Shown piece by piece: positions 1 to 8,732 of a stretch of 55,237 nucleotides of DNA. The position numbers and the translations under genes were made by a program. The stretch is taken from IMG/VR virus record IMGVR_UViG_3300020201_000024, positions 1 to 55,237 of that record. One strand, given 5' to 3'. Position 1 is the stretch's first letter. Every line of letters starts with the position of its first letter. This DNA is from a virus. Its lineage: Duplodnaviria; Caudoviricetes. Below the pieces are notes generated by a model. That model saw only the letters and a program-made list of their open reading frames with translations, had not been told where the DNA came from and ran no database searches.

Positions 1-191
1 GCAAGGCCCACGTGTCCGACAACGCCCAAGTGTCATCCACCGCCCGTGTGTACGGCAACGCCCGCGTGTACGGCATCGCCCAAGTGTCCGGCGACGCCAT
101 TGTGTCCGGCTACGCCCGTGTGTACGGCGACGCCGAAGTGTCCGGCTACGCCTGCGTGTACGGCGATATCTCAGGCAAGGAGCAGGAGTGA
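1..191 (+). CDS. Hexapeptide-repeat beta-helix protein, 3' part (probably the end of the gene starting at 54624, or an extra copy)
   Basis: Frame starting at nt 3 reads KAHVSDNAQVSSTARVYGNAR...VYGDISGKEQE* (TGA 189-191); same C-terminus as its paralogs. Confidence 0.85.
   Translation, partial: KAHVSDNAQVSSTARVYGNARVYGIAQVSGDAIVSGYARVYGDAEVSGYACVYGDISGKEQE
20..145 (+). repeat. 126-bp terminal direct repeat, identical to 55112-55237 (circularisation or assembly overlap)
   Basis: caacgcccaagtgtcatccacc...gaagtgtccgg occurs at both ends; the preceding 19 nt differ. Confidence 0.85.
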
Positions 192-194
192 AAT

Positions 195-671
195 ATGAAA
201 TTCAAATTTACAGACGAGACTAGGATTACCCCCTCCGGGGAAACTATTTACCGCATTGAAGCTATTGAGGATATCCCTAGCCGAGGGGTTAAAGTTGGAG
301 ACAAAGGGGGATTTGTTGGTAAATCTGCTCAGGTAACTGGTGATGCATGGGTGTATGACAACGCCCGTGTGACCGACAACACCCAAGTGTACGGCAACGC
401 CCAAGTGTACGGCAACGCATGGGTGTCCGGCAACGCCCGAGTGTACGGCAAGGCCCACGTGTCCGACAACGCCCAAGTGTACGGCGACGCACACGTGTCC
501 GGCAAAGCCAAAGTGTACGGCTACGCCCTTGTGTACGGCTACGCCCGTGTGTACGGCAACGCCCAAGTGTACGGCTACGCATGGGTGTCCAGCAAAGCCC
601 GTGTGTACGGCAACGCCCAAGTGTCCGACAACGCCCAAGTGTCCGGCGATATCTCAGGCGCGGCACCATGA
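195..671 (+). CDS. Hexapeptide-repeat (VxGxAx) beta-helix protein, 16 units
   Basis: Conserved 52-aa head MKFKFTDETR...GDKGGFVGKSAQVTGDAW followed by VYGNAR-type repeats; SD-like AAGGAG/CAGGAG upstream. Confidence 0.9.
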   Translation: MKFKFTDETRITPSGETIYRIEAIEDIPSRGVKVGDKGGFVGKSAQVTGDAWVYDNARVTDNTQVYGNAQVYGNAWVSGNARVYGKAHVSDNAQVYGDAHVSGKAKVYGYALVYGYARVYGNAQVYGYAWVSSKARVYGNAQVSDNAQVSGDISGAAP

Positions 672-696
672 AATTAGTAAAAAGGAGCGCATAATA

Positions 697-900
697 ATGA
701 CTATGCCCGACGAGCGCCGCAGAGCAGTGCACAACACAAGGGAGTTTCTTAGGTCTCTTTTAGACCCAAAAGTAACCCCTAAAGTACCTAAAACAATCCG
801 CAAGCAAGCGTACTGGGTTTTAAAGCACTTCCCTAGCGATAATGAAATTGAAAAAGCACGCCTTAACTATGCCGAAGTTTTTGGGGATAAAAATGACTGA
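697..900 (+). CDS. Small phage protein, BPSL0761-like
   Basis: MTMPDERRRAV...FLRSL...PKVPK.IR..A...LKHFP pattern; AAGGAG upstream; start re-called to 697. Confidence 0.6.
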   Translation: MTMPDERRRAVHNTREFLRSLLDPKVTPKVPKTIRKQAYWVLKHFPSDNEIEKARLNYAEVFGDKND

Positions 901-1096
901 ACAAGAAAAGATTGATTATGTAGCCCGGTTTGGACACCAAAGCAATGTTATCCGCCTAGTCTTTAACCTCAAAGACCGCCTAGGAATTGGAACGGAGTAT
1001 TTAACAATAAACGGCGCCTTAGCTGTAAAGTACGTGGACAACAAACAAGTAGGCCCGGTACGCGATTTTCCTGTAATGCCCAAGAAAAACAAGTAG
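893..1096 (+). CDS. Hypothetical protein
   Basis: ATG at 893 overlaps the end of the previous gene; GGGGA upstream. Confidence 0.6.
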   Translation: MTEQEKIDYVARFGHQSNVIRLVFNLKDRLGIGTEYLTINGALAVKYVDNKQVGPVRDFPVMPKKNK

Positions 1097-1157
1097 TTAG
1101 TGGCAAGGGCGGAAACATGCCTTTAGGCCGATAACAGAGTCCCCGCCACTACTCAGG

Positions 1158-1196
1158 ACCCCTAGATGCTTAAACCGCATTTAGGGGTTTTTGTTT
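1158..1196 (+). terminator. Rho-independent terminator ending the repeat-gene island
   Basis: Stem ACCCCTAGATGC / GCATTTAGGGGT followed by TTTTGTTT. Confidence 0.75.
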
Positions 1197-1198
1197 GC

Positions 1199-1213
1199 GG
1201 GCACTATATCCAT
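1199..1213 (+). promoter_or_regulatory. Conserved GGGCACTATATCCAT element (candidate late promoter), copy 1
   Basis: Exact 15-mer also at 7432 and 48001, each at the start of a block of structural genes. Confidence 0.6.
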
Positions 1214-1313
1214 TATAGAGAGGTTTAAGATATCCTTGGACCCTTGCCCGACTAGGCTACTCCTGCATGCCTAGCGGTTGACCCCAGAGCAGGAATAACC
1301 AAGGATCTATAAA

Positions 1314-1922
1314 ATGGCAAATCGTAACTGGCCCAACTCTCGTCTTTACTCGCAGCATGTAATGCCCGTCTCTCTTGACTGTCAAATCGCTATCGGCGCT
1401 GCCGGTGCCCCTTCTATTGCCCCAGGCAACGGATATGGTATTTCTAGCATTGCTCGCCTTGCGGCAGGCCAGTACCGTTTGCAATTGCAAGATAACTTTT
1501 CAAAACTGTTGCAGTTTAAAGCTACGATGCAGGCCCCCCTTTCGGGCTCTCCTGTAGCCGCCACTGCCCTCGCTCCCGGTTCGGTTTACCAGATTGTGTC
1601 TATGGGTACCTCCTCGCAAGCCAACTGGGTCACCGCAGGTCTCCCCAGCGGCATTGTTGCTGCCCCTGGAGTGTCTTTTAAAGCTGCGGCGGTTTCAGTT
1701 GGTACGGGCACTGCGTCCCTTATCGGCTCAAGCGATGTTCACGCGGTCGAGCTTATTAGCTCGTCCGTAAACATGCTCATGAACCAGCCTCCGGGCACTA
1801 CCTCCGCTCAACTCGGTGCGTTCGTAGACTTTCAGTGCTTGCTTTCTAGCGCAATTGGAGACCCGGCTAATGGGTCCCAAATGTTCCTGGAAGTCGTTCT
1901 TAGCAACTCCAGCCTCCAGTAG
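1314..1922 (+). CDS. Probable virion structural protein (head-associated)
   Basis: 202 aa, rich in S/A/G; first structural-type gene after the capsid gene once the island is skipped. Confidence 0.55.
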   Translation: MANRNWPNSRLYSQHVMPVSLDCQIAIGAAGAPSIAPGNGYGISSIARLAAGQYRLQLQDNFSKLLQFKATMQAPLSGSPVAATALAPGSVYQIVSMGTSSQANWVTAGLPSGIVAAPGVSFKAAAVSVGTGTASLIGSSDVHAVELISSSVNMLMNQPPGTTSAQLGAFVDFQCLLSSAIGDPANGSQMFLEVVLSNSSLQ

Positions 1923-1944
1923 TCCTTAACAGCGTAACCACAAG

Positions 1945-1984
1945 AGGCTAGAGGGTGCGTTCAAACAGTAGAACCCTCTAGCCT
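1945..1984 (+). other. Intergenic 12-bp perfect hairpin (processing or attenuation site?)
   Basis: AGGCTAGAGGGT (1945-1956) pairs with ACCCTCTAGCCT (1973-1984). Confidence 0.5.
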
Positions 1985-1999
1985 AGTGTTTAGGAGCAT

Positions 2000-3019
2000 A
2001 TGGCTATCCCGGCTACCCCCAGCAATATGATCATACAGCAAGCTAACCATCAAGTGTTGGTAAGTTACAATCTTGCCTTGAGTGCTACCTCCTATAACAT
2101 TAACCGCAGCATTGACCAGATCAATTATACCGTAGTTGCCGTTATTTCCGCTAAACAGTACCTAGACACCACGGTAGTCATTGGTACCCAATATTTTTAC
2201 AAGGTCTCAGCTACGAACGTAGACGGCACTAGCCCGTTTACGCTCCCTCAGTCGGTCATCCCCTCCCCCAACGGTGAAATGGCCCTAGCGCAGATTAGAC
2301 TTCAGGCCCAGCAACGTGCGGACAGGGTCAACAGCCCGTTTGTGTCCACCGCCGAATGGAATACCTACATTAACCAAAGCCTCTTTGAACTATATGACCT
2401 ACTGGTCACCGCGTATGGGGAGGAGTACTTTGCAGCCCCCGTACTAACCTTTACCACGGTAGGTAACACACAGTTCTACCCCCTTCCCAACGGGATTAAC
2501 TACAGTGCCGCTCCCGCCTTCTATAAGCTTCTAGGCGTAGACCTAGGGCTTAACCAAAGTGCGCAGCCTAACAACGGATGGGTAACGGTAAAACGGTTCA
2601 ACTTCATTGACCGTAACAAATACTTTTATCCTAATACGCAGTCCACCATCTACGGCGTATTTAACATGCAATATCGCTTAGTTGGCAATCAAATCGAGTT
2701 TATCCCTGCCCCAAGTGCTAATCAACCTATCCGCATCTGGTATATTCCTCGCATGGAAATGCTCCTGCAAGACACCGATATCACTACTTCTGGCATCTCG
2801 GGCTGGATTGAGTACATCATTACAGACGCGGCAATCAAGGCAATGCAAAAAGAAGAGTCCGATGTATCTGTGCTTATGCTGCAAAAGGGCGTTTTGATCA
2901 AACGTATTGAGGCGTCGTCTATGAACAGAGACGCAGGTCAAGCCGATACTATCTCGGATACCCGCAATCGAAACGGCGGGAATTCGGGCGCGGGTAGTGG
3001 GTTTGGGGCAGGTTGGTAA
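2000..3019 (+). CDS. Head-tail adaptor-like protein with N-terminal fibronectin type III domain
   Basis: FN3-like PATPSN...SYNINRS...YFYKVSATN..GTS, then LAQIRLQAQQRAD...WNTYIN...ELYDLL typical of phage adaptor proteins; AGGAG SD. Confidence 0.65.
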   Translation: MAIPATPSNMIIQQANHQVLVSYNLALSATSYNINRSIDQINYTVVAVISAKQYLDTTVVIGTQYFYKVSATNVDGTSPFTLPQSVIPSPNGEMALAQIRLQAQQRADRVNSPFVSTAEWNTYINQSLFELYDLLVTAYGEEYFAAPVLTFTTVGNTQFYPLPNGINYSAAPAFYKLLGVDLGLNQSAQPNNGWVTVKRFNFIDRNKYFYPNTQSTIYGVFNMQYRLVGNQIEFIPAPSANQPIRIWYIPRMEMLLQDTDITTSGISGWIEYIITDAAIKAMQKEESDVSVLMLQKGVLIKRIEASSMNRDAGQADTISDTRNRNGGNSGAGSGFGAGW

Positions 3020-3330
3020 TGGCTAAACAACTCCCTACCATTCAAAACGTAGACCGCACGTTATCGATGCTCCAGAGTCAATGGAAGGCTATCCTAGATA
3101 ACCTTTTGGCTGCCCCCATGTCCGATTACGTTATGTTGTCAGACTTAAAGCTTGTGTCTGGAAGCAACGTAATTAACCACAAACTAGGCCGCAAGCTAGT
3201 GGGTTATGTGGTCACCCTAAAAAGCGCCGCTTCGGACATACATGACAATCAAACGGTCAATACTATGCCCGACAAGACCCTAATCCTAGTAGCCTCTGCG
3301 CCGGTTACTTTATCCCTAATGGTGTTTTAA
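3019..3330 (+). CDS. Small virion/tail protein
   Basis: Contains INHKLGR motif seen in small phage tail domains; TAATG coupling to the upstream gene. Confidence 0.55.
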   Translation: MAKQLPTIQNVDRTLSMLQSQWKAILDNLLAAPMSDYVMLSDLKLVSGSNVINHKLGRKLVGYVVTLKSAASDIHDNQTVNTMPDKTLILVASAPVTLSLMVF

Positions 3331-4449
3331 ATGGCAGACTTTAGCCTTAGCCCTAATATGCAGCTTCCGGTCCCTGTAACCGGCGTAGCCCCTGGTCCGG
3401 AGTGGGCGGACTTGCTCAATGCCTGCATGGCTAAGATTGATGGTCATGACCACACGCCGGGCTCAGGGGTAAAAATTACTCCGTCGGGCCTTAACATTTC
3501 CGCCGATCTGCCTTTAAACGCCAATAACCTCACGCTAACTAGGTCGGTGCAGTTTTTGTCCCAGGGCGCGCCTATTCCAGACCTGGCTTCTATTTACGTT
3601 AACGGAGTTGACCTTTATTTTAACGATCTGTCCGGTAACCCGGTGCGCATTACCCAATTCGGCGGCGTAGTGGGTACTCCAGGGTCCATCTCTGGCCTAA
3701 TAGCTCCAGCGTCCGCCTCTTACGTAGCCCTTTCCGCGGCTTATGTGTGGCAATCTGCGGCTAACATCTCTGCCAATATGGACATTGGTAGCCTTATTCT
3801 AAGGAATAACACCATAGGTTCCTTTGGCCTAACGCTTGCCCCCCCGGTAGGAATGGCGGCAGACTCTACTATTACGTTGCCTGTTATCCCTGGAGTAACT
3901 AGCACGCTGCTTATGGATAACACGGGGGCGATGACTACCCAAGACGCTCTCCAAAGCTACCTCCCTCCTGGCGTAGTTATGGACTATATGGGCGCTACTG
4001 TTCCTGCCGGTTGGTTGTCAACAGACGGCACCGCCGTGTCCCGCACGGTGTACGCTGCCCTTTTTGCGGCTATCAGCACCATTTATGGTCCCGGCGACGG
4101 GGTCACCACCTTCAATTTGCCCAACTTAAACGGGCTGGTTACCGCAGGAGCGCCGGGCGCTTTGGGGGGACTAGCCACTACAGGCGGAGCATATGCCCAC
4201 ACGTTAACTATTGCAGAAATGCCCTCGCACATCCATACCGATGTTACGGGACACGCCCACACTATTAATCTTACACAAAATAACGCTAATAATCTTCCGC
4301 TGATTAGCGCCATTGGTTCCCAAAATGGCGGCAATAACTCGCCAAATACTACCTCTGTTGCACACATTACTATTGATGCAAATGGCGGCGGCGGCGCGCA
4401 TAACAACATTCAGCCTTATATGGCTGTTAATAAAATCATCAAAATCTAA
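3331..4449 (+). CDS. Tail fibre protein with tail-collar domain
   Basis: PGVVMDY.G..VPAGWLSTDG.AVSRT.YAALFAAI.T.YG.GDG.TTFNLP is a classic phage tail collar domain; ends AHNNIQPY.A.NKIIK. Confidence 0.85.
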   Translation: MADFSLSPNMQLPVPVTGVAPGPEWADLLNACMAKIDGHDHTPGSGVKITPSGLNISADLPLNANNLTLTRSVQFLSQGAPIPDLASIYVNGVDLYFNDLSGNPVRITQFGGVVGTPGSISGLIAPASASYVALSAAYVWQSAANISANMDIGSLILRNNTIGSFGLTLAPPVGMAADSTITLPVIPGVTSTLLMDNTGAMTTQDALQSYLPPGVVMDYMGATVPAGWLSTDGTAVSRTVYAALFAAISTIYGPGDGVTTFNLPNLNGLVTAGAPGALGGLATTGGAYAHTLTIAEMPSHIHTDVTGHAHTINLTQNNANNLPLISAIGSQNGGNNSPNTTSVAHITIDANGGGGAHNNIQPYMAVNKIIKI

Positions 4450-7430
4450 TGGCCATTACTAAAAGCAACCTCAGCCTTAACTTTACTCAAGGGGTAAACA
4501 CCAAGACCGACCCTTGGCAAATAACCCCCGGTGAGATGCTTGAACTATCTAATTGTCTATTTAACACAAGCAAGCTGTTGGCTAAACGTAACGGCTTTGT
4601 TGAGCTTGCGCCCATTCCAGACCTCTTAATCAATACTGTCACAACGTTTAAAACCTCGTTAACAGCGATTGGGGCCTCTCTATACGCTTATGTACCTGAG
4701 ATCAAGACTTGGTACAATAAGGGCCTGCTTACCTCTGTAAACCTTTCTGTACAGCCTGTAGGACGTAGCGGTGCGTCTCTAACTAACCAAGATAGCGCCA
4801 CTACGCTTGGGGGCCTCTCTTGTGTTGCTTGGGAGTCATCTTTTGGCGGTTCCGCGTACCAGATAGTAGACAGTATCAACTCACAAATTGTAGTGGCTGC
4901 CATAGATTTGCCCGCCACCGCCGTGCAGCCTAAAGTATCGATATTAAACAGGTATTTTGTAATAACTTTCGTGGTTACCGTTTCTGGTAGCCCCCGCCTT
5001 CAATATATTGCGGTACCTATTAGTAACCCTACAAGTCCAACACTACCCGTAACCATGGCCACACAAATAACCGGCCTAACGGCCCCCTATGATGTTGTGG
5101 TAGCCAATAACACCCTCTACGTTGCTTATAAAGCAAGTAGCAGCACTATTCGCTTGGTTTACCTCTCCAGCACACTGGGGTTGTCCAACACGGTAATCCT
5201 AGCTGGTCAAGTCCCTACTGTCATCTCGTTAGCCGCAGACAGTACAGGGTCAACTCCCGACATTTGGCTCGCCTTTGCCAAAGCTGGCCCAACGGTATAC
5301 GCCGCAATGTACTCGGCAACGCTTATTTCCCAACTCGCTCCTACGCTATTAGACTCCCCAGCCAACGCCGTACCCTCTATGACCGGACAAGCGGCTAACG
5401 GGGTACTGACTCTAGCTTACGGGCAACGCATTCAGTCGCTCCCTGCCCCTCCCACTTTGGATCATATTTTAACTAACACCATAACGTCTTTGGGGGTTAT
5501 TGGTACCCCTGTAATTGTAGCTCGGGGGCTAGGGCTTGCTTCCGAAATGTTCGTTGTGTCAGAAACCCCTTACGTCCTTACCCAGTACAACAACACCTAT
5601 CAGCCCACTTACTTCCTTTTGGACCTCTCAACAGGTAAAGTAGTGGCTAAACTGGCATATCAAAACGCGGGCATTGAGCCTGCACGCACCCTGCCCACAG
5701 TGTCCATCTATGGCTCTAAAGCTTATGTTTCCTATCTATACAAAGACTTAACTACCGCAGCTAACAAAAGCCAAGGCACCTCTACCCCGGGCATTTACTC
5801 CCAAACCGGCGTAAATGTTGTACAATTTGATGTCAATACGGTGCCTTTGGCCTCCTCTGAGATAGCAAATAACCTTCATCTATCGGGGGGTTACCTTACT
5901 ATGTACGACGGCGGCGCCCCTGTTGAGCACGGGTTTTTACTGTACCCCGAAGGCATCACACTTACCCCAGGCGGCGGGGGCAGTATGTCTGCCCAACAGT
6001 ACTATTACCAAGTCACATACGAATGGACAGACGCGCAGGGTAATTTGCACCGCTCTGCCCCTAGCATCCCCCAGGAGGCAACTCTAGGAGGTTCTTCGGT
6101 CACCCTAATCATTCCGACACTCCGAGTCACGCAAAAAAAAGAAGTGCGCATTGTGGTCTACCGCTGGAGCGTTGCCCAACAGGCTTACTATCAAGTTACG
6201 TCTATTACCGCGCCCCTAATGAACGACCCTACGGTAGACTCAATTACCTACCTAGACACACAGGCAGACTCAAGTATCTTGGGTAACCAGTTAATCTACA
6301 CTACTGGGGGGGTTATTGAAAACGTAGCGGCCCCTGCCTGCACCCACATGTGTCTGTTTAAAAGCCGCCTGTTTCTTATCGATGCAGAGGACGAAAATGT
6401 TATCTGGTTTTCTAAGCAGGTAATTGAGGCTGTACCCGTAGAGACTTCGGATTTGTTCACTATTTTCGCCGCTCCTAGTCAAGGAAGCCAAGCTAACACT
6501 GGAGGGGCTAAAGTGCTCGCGGCTTTGGATGACAAGCTAATTGTATTCAAGTCTCAAGCCGCTTATTACGTTACCGGCAGCGGGCCAGATAACACTGGGG
6601 CGCAGAATGACTTTTCTGATCCTGTTATCATATCGGCCACCGTAGGCTGCGCTAACCCTCAAAGCTTGGTTTTAATCCCCAACGGCCTCATGTTTCAGTC
6701 TGACAAAGGAATTTGGCTACTAGGGCGAGACTTGTCTACAACCTATATTGGCTCAAACGTAGAAAAGTACAACAATATTAAGATCATATCAGCGGTTAAC
6801 GTATCTAAAGACAATCAAGTACGCTTCTCCCTTGCAGATGGTACCATGTTAATGTACGACTACTTTTATGGGCTCTGGGGCACCTTTACTAACCTGCCTG
6901 CCGAGTCTGGCACGATGTTTCAAAACCTTCACACGTATGTGGATCAATTTTCCCGTGTGTTTCAGGAGAGCCCCGGTAAATACCTGGACGGCTCTAAACC
7001 TGTCCTATTGTCGTTTAAAACCGGATGGTTCTCTTTGGCAGGCTTACAGGGCCTAGAGCGGGCATATTTCTTCCAACTCCTAGGCCGGTACATCACTCCC
7101 CACACGCTTACCGTGGGTATCGCGATTAATTATATTAACAGTGTATTGCAGACGGTTGTAATCCACCCCGACAACTTCACCCCCAACTATGGCGACGCGC
7201 CTGGCCCTTATGGCGCAGAAGACACTTACGGGGGTATCCCGGACCCTGAGCAATGGCGTATCTTTTTTGAAACCCAAAAGGTCGAAAGCTTCCAACTCAC
7301 AGTATCAGAAAACTACGACGCCTCTTTTGGTGTCCAGCCGGGCGCAGGGCTTACCCTTTCTGGCATAAATCTTGTAGTGGGAGCTAAGAAAAGCTACACA
7401 ACTACTAGCAGTTCTAGGTCAACCGGTTAA
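4449..7430 (+). CDS. Tail tube/nozzle (head-stabilisation-like) beta-rich protein
   Basis: 993 aa, beta-rich; FTQGVNTKTDP N-terminus and GC.NP.S...G.MFQS.KGIW.L motifs; lies before the probable ejection genes. Confidence 0.6.
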   Translation: MAITKSNLSLNFTQGVNTKTDPWQITPGEMLELSNCLFNTSKLLAKRNGFVELAPIPDLLINTVTTFKTSLTAIGASLYAYVPEIKTWYNKGLLTSVNLSVQPVGRSGASLTNQDSATTLGGLSCVAWESSFGGSAYQIVDSINSQIVVAAIDLPATAVQPKVSILNRYFVITFVVTVSGSPRLQYIAVPISNPTSPTLPVTMATQITGLTAPYDVVVANNTLYVAYKASSSTIRLVYLSSTLGLSNTVILAGQVPTVISLAADSTGSTPDIWLAFAKAGPTVYAAMYSATLISQLAPTLLDSPANAVPSMTGQAANGVLTLAYGQRIQSLPAPPTLDHILTNTITSLGVIGTPVIVARGLGLASEMFVVSETPYVLTQYNNTYQPTYFLLDLSTGKVVAKLAYQNAGIEPARTLPTVSIYGSKAYVSYLYKDLTTAANKSQGTSTPGIYSQTGVNVVQFDVNTVPLASSEIANNLHLSGGYLTMYDGGAPVEHGFLLYPEGITLTPGGGGSMSAQQYYYQVTYEWTDAQGNLHRSAPSIPQEATLGGSSVTLIIPTLRVTQKKEVRIVVYRWSVAQQAYYQVTSITAPLMNDPTVDSITYLDTQADSSILGNQLIYTTGGVIENVAAPACTHMCLFKSRLFLIDAEDENVIWFSKQVIEAVPVETSDLFTIFAAPSQGSQANTGGAKVLAALDDKLIVFKSQAAYYVTGSGPDNTGAQNDFSDPVIISATVGCANPQSLVLIPNGLMFQSDKGIWLLGRDLSTTYIGSNVEKYNNIKIISAVNVSKDNQVRFSLADGTMLMYDYFYGLWGTFTNLPAESGTMFQNLHTYVDQFSRVFQESPGKYLDGSKPVLLSFKTGWFSLAGLQGLERAYFFQLLGRYITPHTLTVGIAINYINSVLQTVVIHPDNFTPNYGDAPGPYGAEDTYGGIPDPEQWRIFFETQKVESFQLTVSENYDASFGVQPGAGLTLSGINLVVGAKKSYTTTSSSRSTG

Positions 7431-7455
7431 TGGGCACTATATCCATATTTGAGGT
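7429..7455 (+). promoter_or_regulatory. 27-bp element AATGGGCACTATATCCATATTTGAGGT, copy 2 (includes SD GAGG)
   Basis: Identical to 47998-48024. Confidence 0.65.
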
Positions 7456-7460
7456 GTATT

Positions 7461-8732
7461 TTGGGTAAAGGTAAATCCGCGGGCATGGGAGCGTTAACCG
7501 GGGCGGCCTCTGGTGCCGCCATAGGCACCGCCGCGATGCCTGTCATCGGAACCGCCATTGGCACCGTAGGCGGCGCCCTTGCTGGCGGCCTAATGGGGTG
7601 GTTTGGCGGGAAAGATGATGAAACTGATCCTACAATGCCGGATATTACTAGCCCCGTTACGCAGGGGCAGCTTAACCAAGCCCACGGCGCCACGCAAAGC
7701 GGTTTGGAGCAACAACAAGCGTTTGTTAACGCACTTAACGCACAAAACGGCATTGGTAACCAAAGTCAGGTCTATAACCAGCTACAAGGCATAGCAAGCG
7801 GCACTGGACCTAATCCCGCGCAAGCCATGCTTAACCAAGCAACCGGCGCCAATGTGGCCAACCAGGCCGCTCTAATGGCCTCTCAGCGCGGCTCTAGCGC
7901 CAATTCAGGCATGCTTGCCCGTCAAGCTGCCATGCAGGGCGCCAACATTCAACAGAATGCGGCAGGCCAAGGGGCAACTCTTCAGGCAAATCAATCACTT
8001 AACGCTATTGGCGCTGCCGGTAACATTGCTAATCAACAGGTTGGGCAGCAAGCCAACGCCGTAGGTAATTTTAATCAATTTGCCCAAAACAACCAGGGGC
8101 AGCTATTAGGGGCGCAGAGTAACTATAACAACGCGATTACCGGGGCGAAGGGCAATGTTAACTCCAACAACCAGCTAGCGGCAGATCGAGACGCTAAGCA
8201 AACGGGCGGATTGTTAAATGGCGTGGGCGCTGCGGCGGGGGCTTTCGCCAAGGGCGTGGGAGGGGGCGGATCGTCTGATACAGGGTCTACCGACGCTATG
8301 TTCAAGATGCCTCAACTAGGCGCAAACGTGGTTAAAACTACGCCTTCTGGCCCTAGCCTTGGCGCCAATTTGAACTTCGCAGGGGGCGGACCCGTCGGCG
8401 CTGCCTCCTTTGTAGGCCGCCATCTCTCAGGTAAGCCTCAGCTTGCGCACGGCGGCACCGTGGACGCCCTTGTCTCCCCCGGTGAACGCTACCTCCCCCC
8501 CGCGGAAGTCAAAAAAGTAGCTTCGGGTAAAAAAGCCCCCCTTAGCGCAGGACAAAAGATTGCGGGTACGCCAAAGCACCCCGGTAACGACTACCGCAAC
8601 GACACCGTGCCAAAGAAGCTCCAAGAGGGGGGGATTGTTATTCCCAACTCTGTCCTGCAGTCTAAAAACCCCCATGCCGCCGCCGCCACCTTTGTAGCTG
8701 CAGTGCTCGCTAAGCAGGGACTTAAAAAGTGA
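7461..8732 (+). CDS. Probable DNA ejection/pilot protein
   Basis: Glycine-zipper hydrophobic N-terminus, Q/A/N-rich body, C-terminal AxGG...DTVP..L.EG..V module; likely TTG start at 7461 after GAGGTG. Confidence 0.65.
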   Translation: MGKGKSAGMGALTGAASGAAIGTAAMPVIGTAIGTVGGALAGGLMGWFGGKDDETDPTMPDITSPVTQGQLNQAHGATQSGLEQQQAFVNALNAQNGIGNQSQVYNQLQGIASGTGPNPAQAMLNQATGANVANQAALMASQRGSSANSGMLARQAAMQGANIQQNAAGQGATLQANQSLNAIGAAGNIANQQVGQQANAVGNFNQFAQNNQGQLLGAQSNYNNAITGAKGNVNSNNQLAADRDAKQTGGLLNGVGAAAGAFAKGVGGGGSSDTGSTDAMFKMPQLGANVVKTTPSGPSLGANLNFAGGGPVGAASFVGRHLSGKPQLAHGGTVDALVSPGERYLPPAEVKKVASGKKAPLSAGQKIAGTPKHPGNDYRNDTVPKKLQEGGIVIPNSVLQSKNPHAAAATFVAAVLAKQGLKK

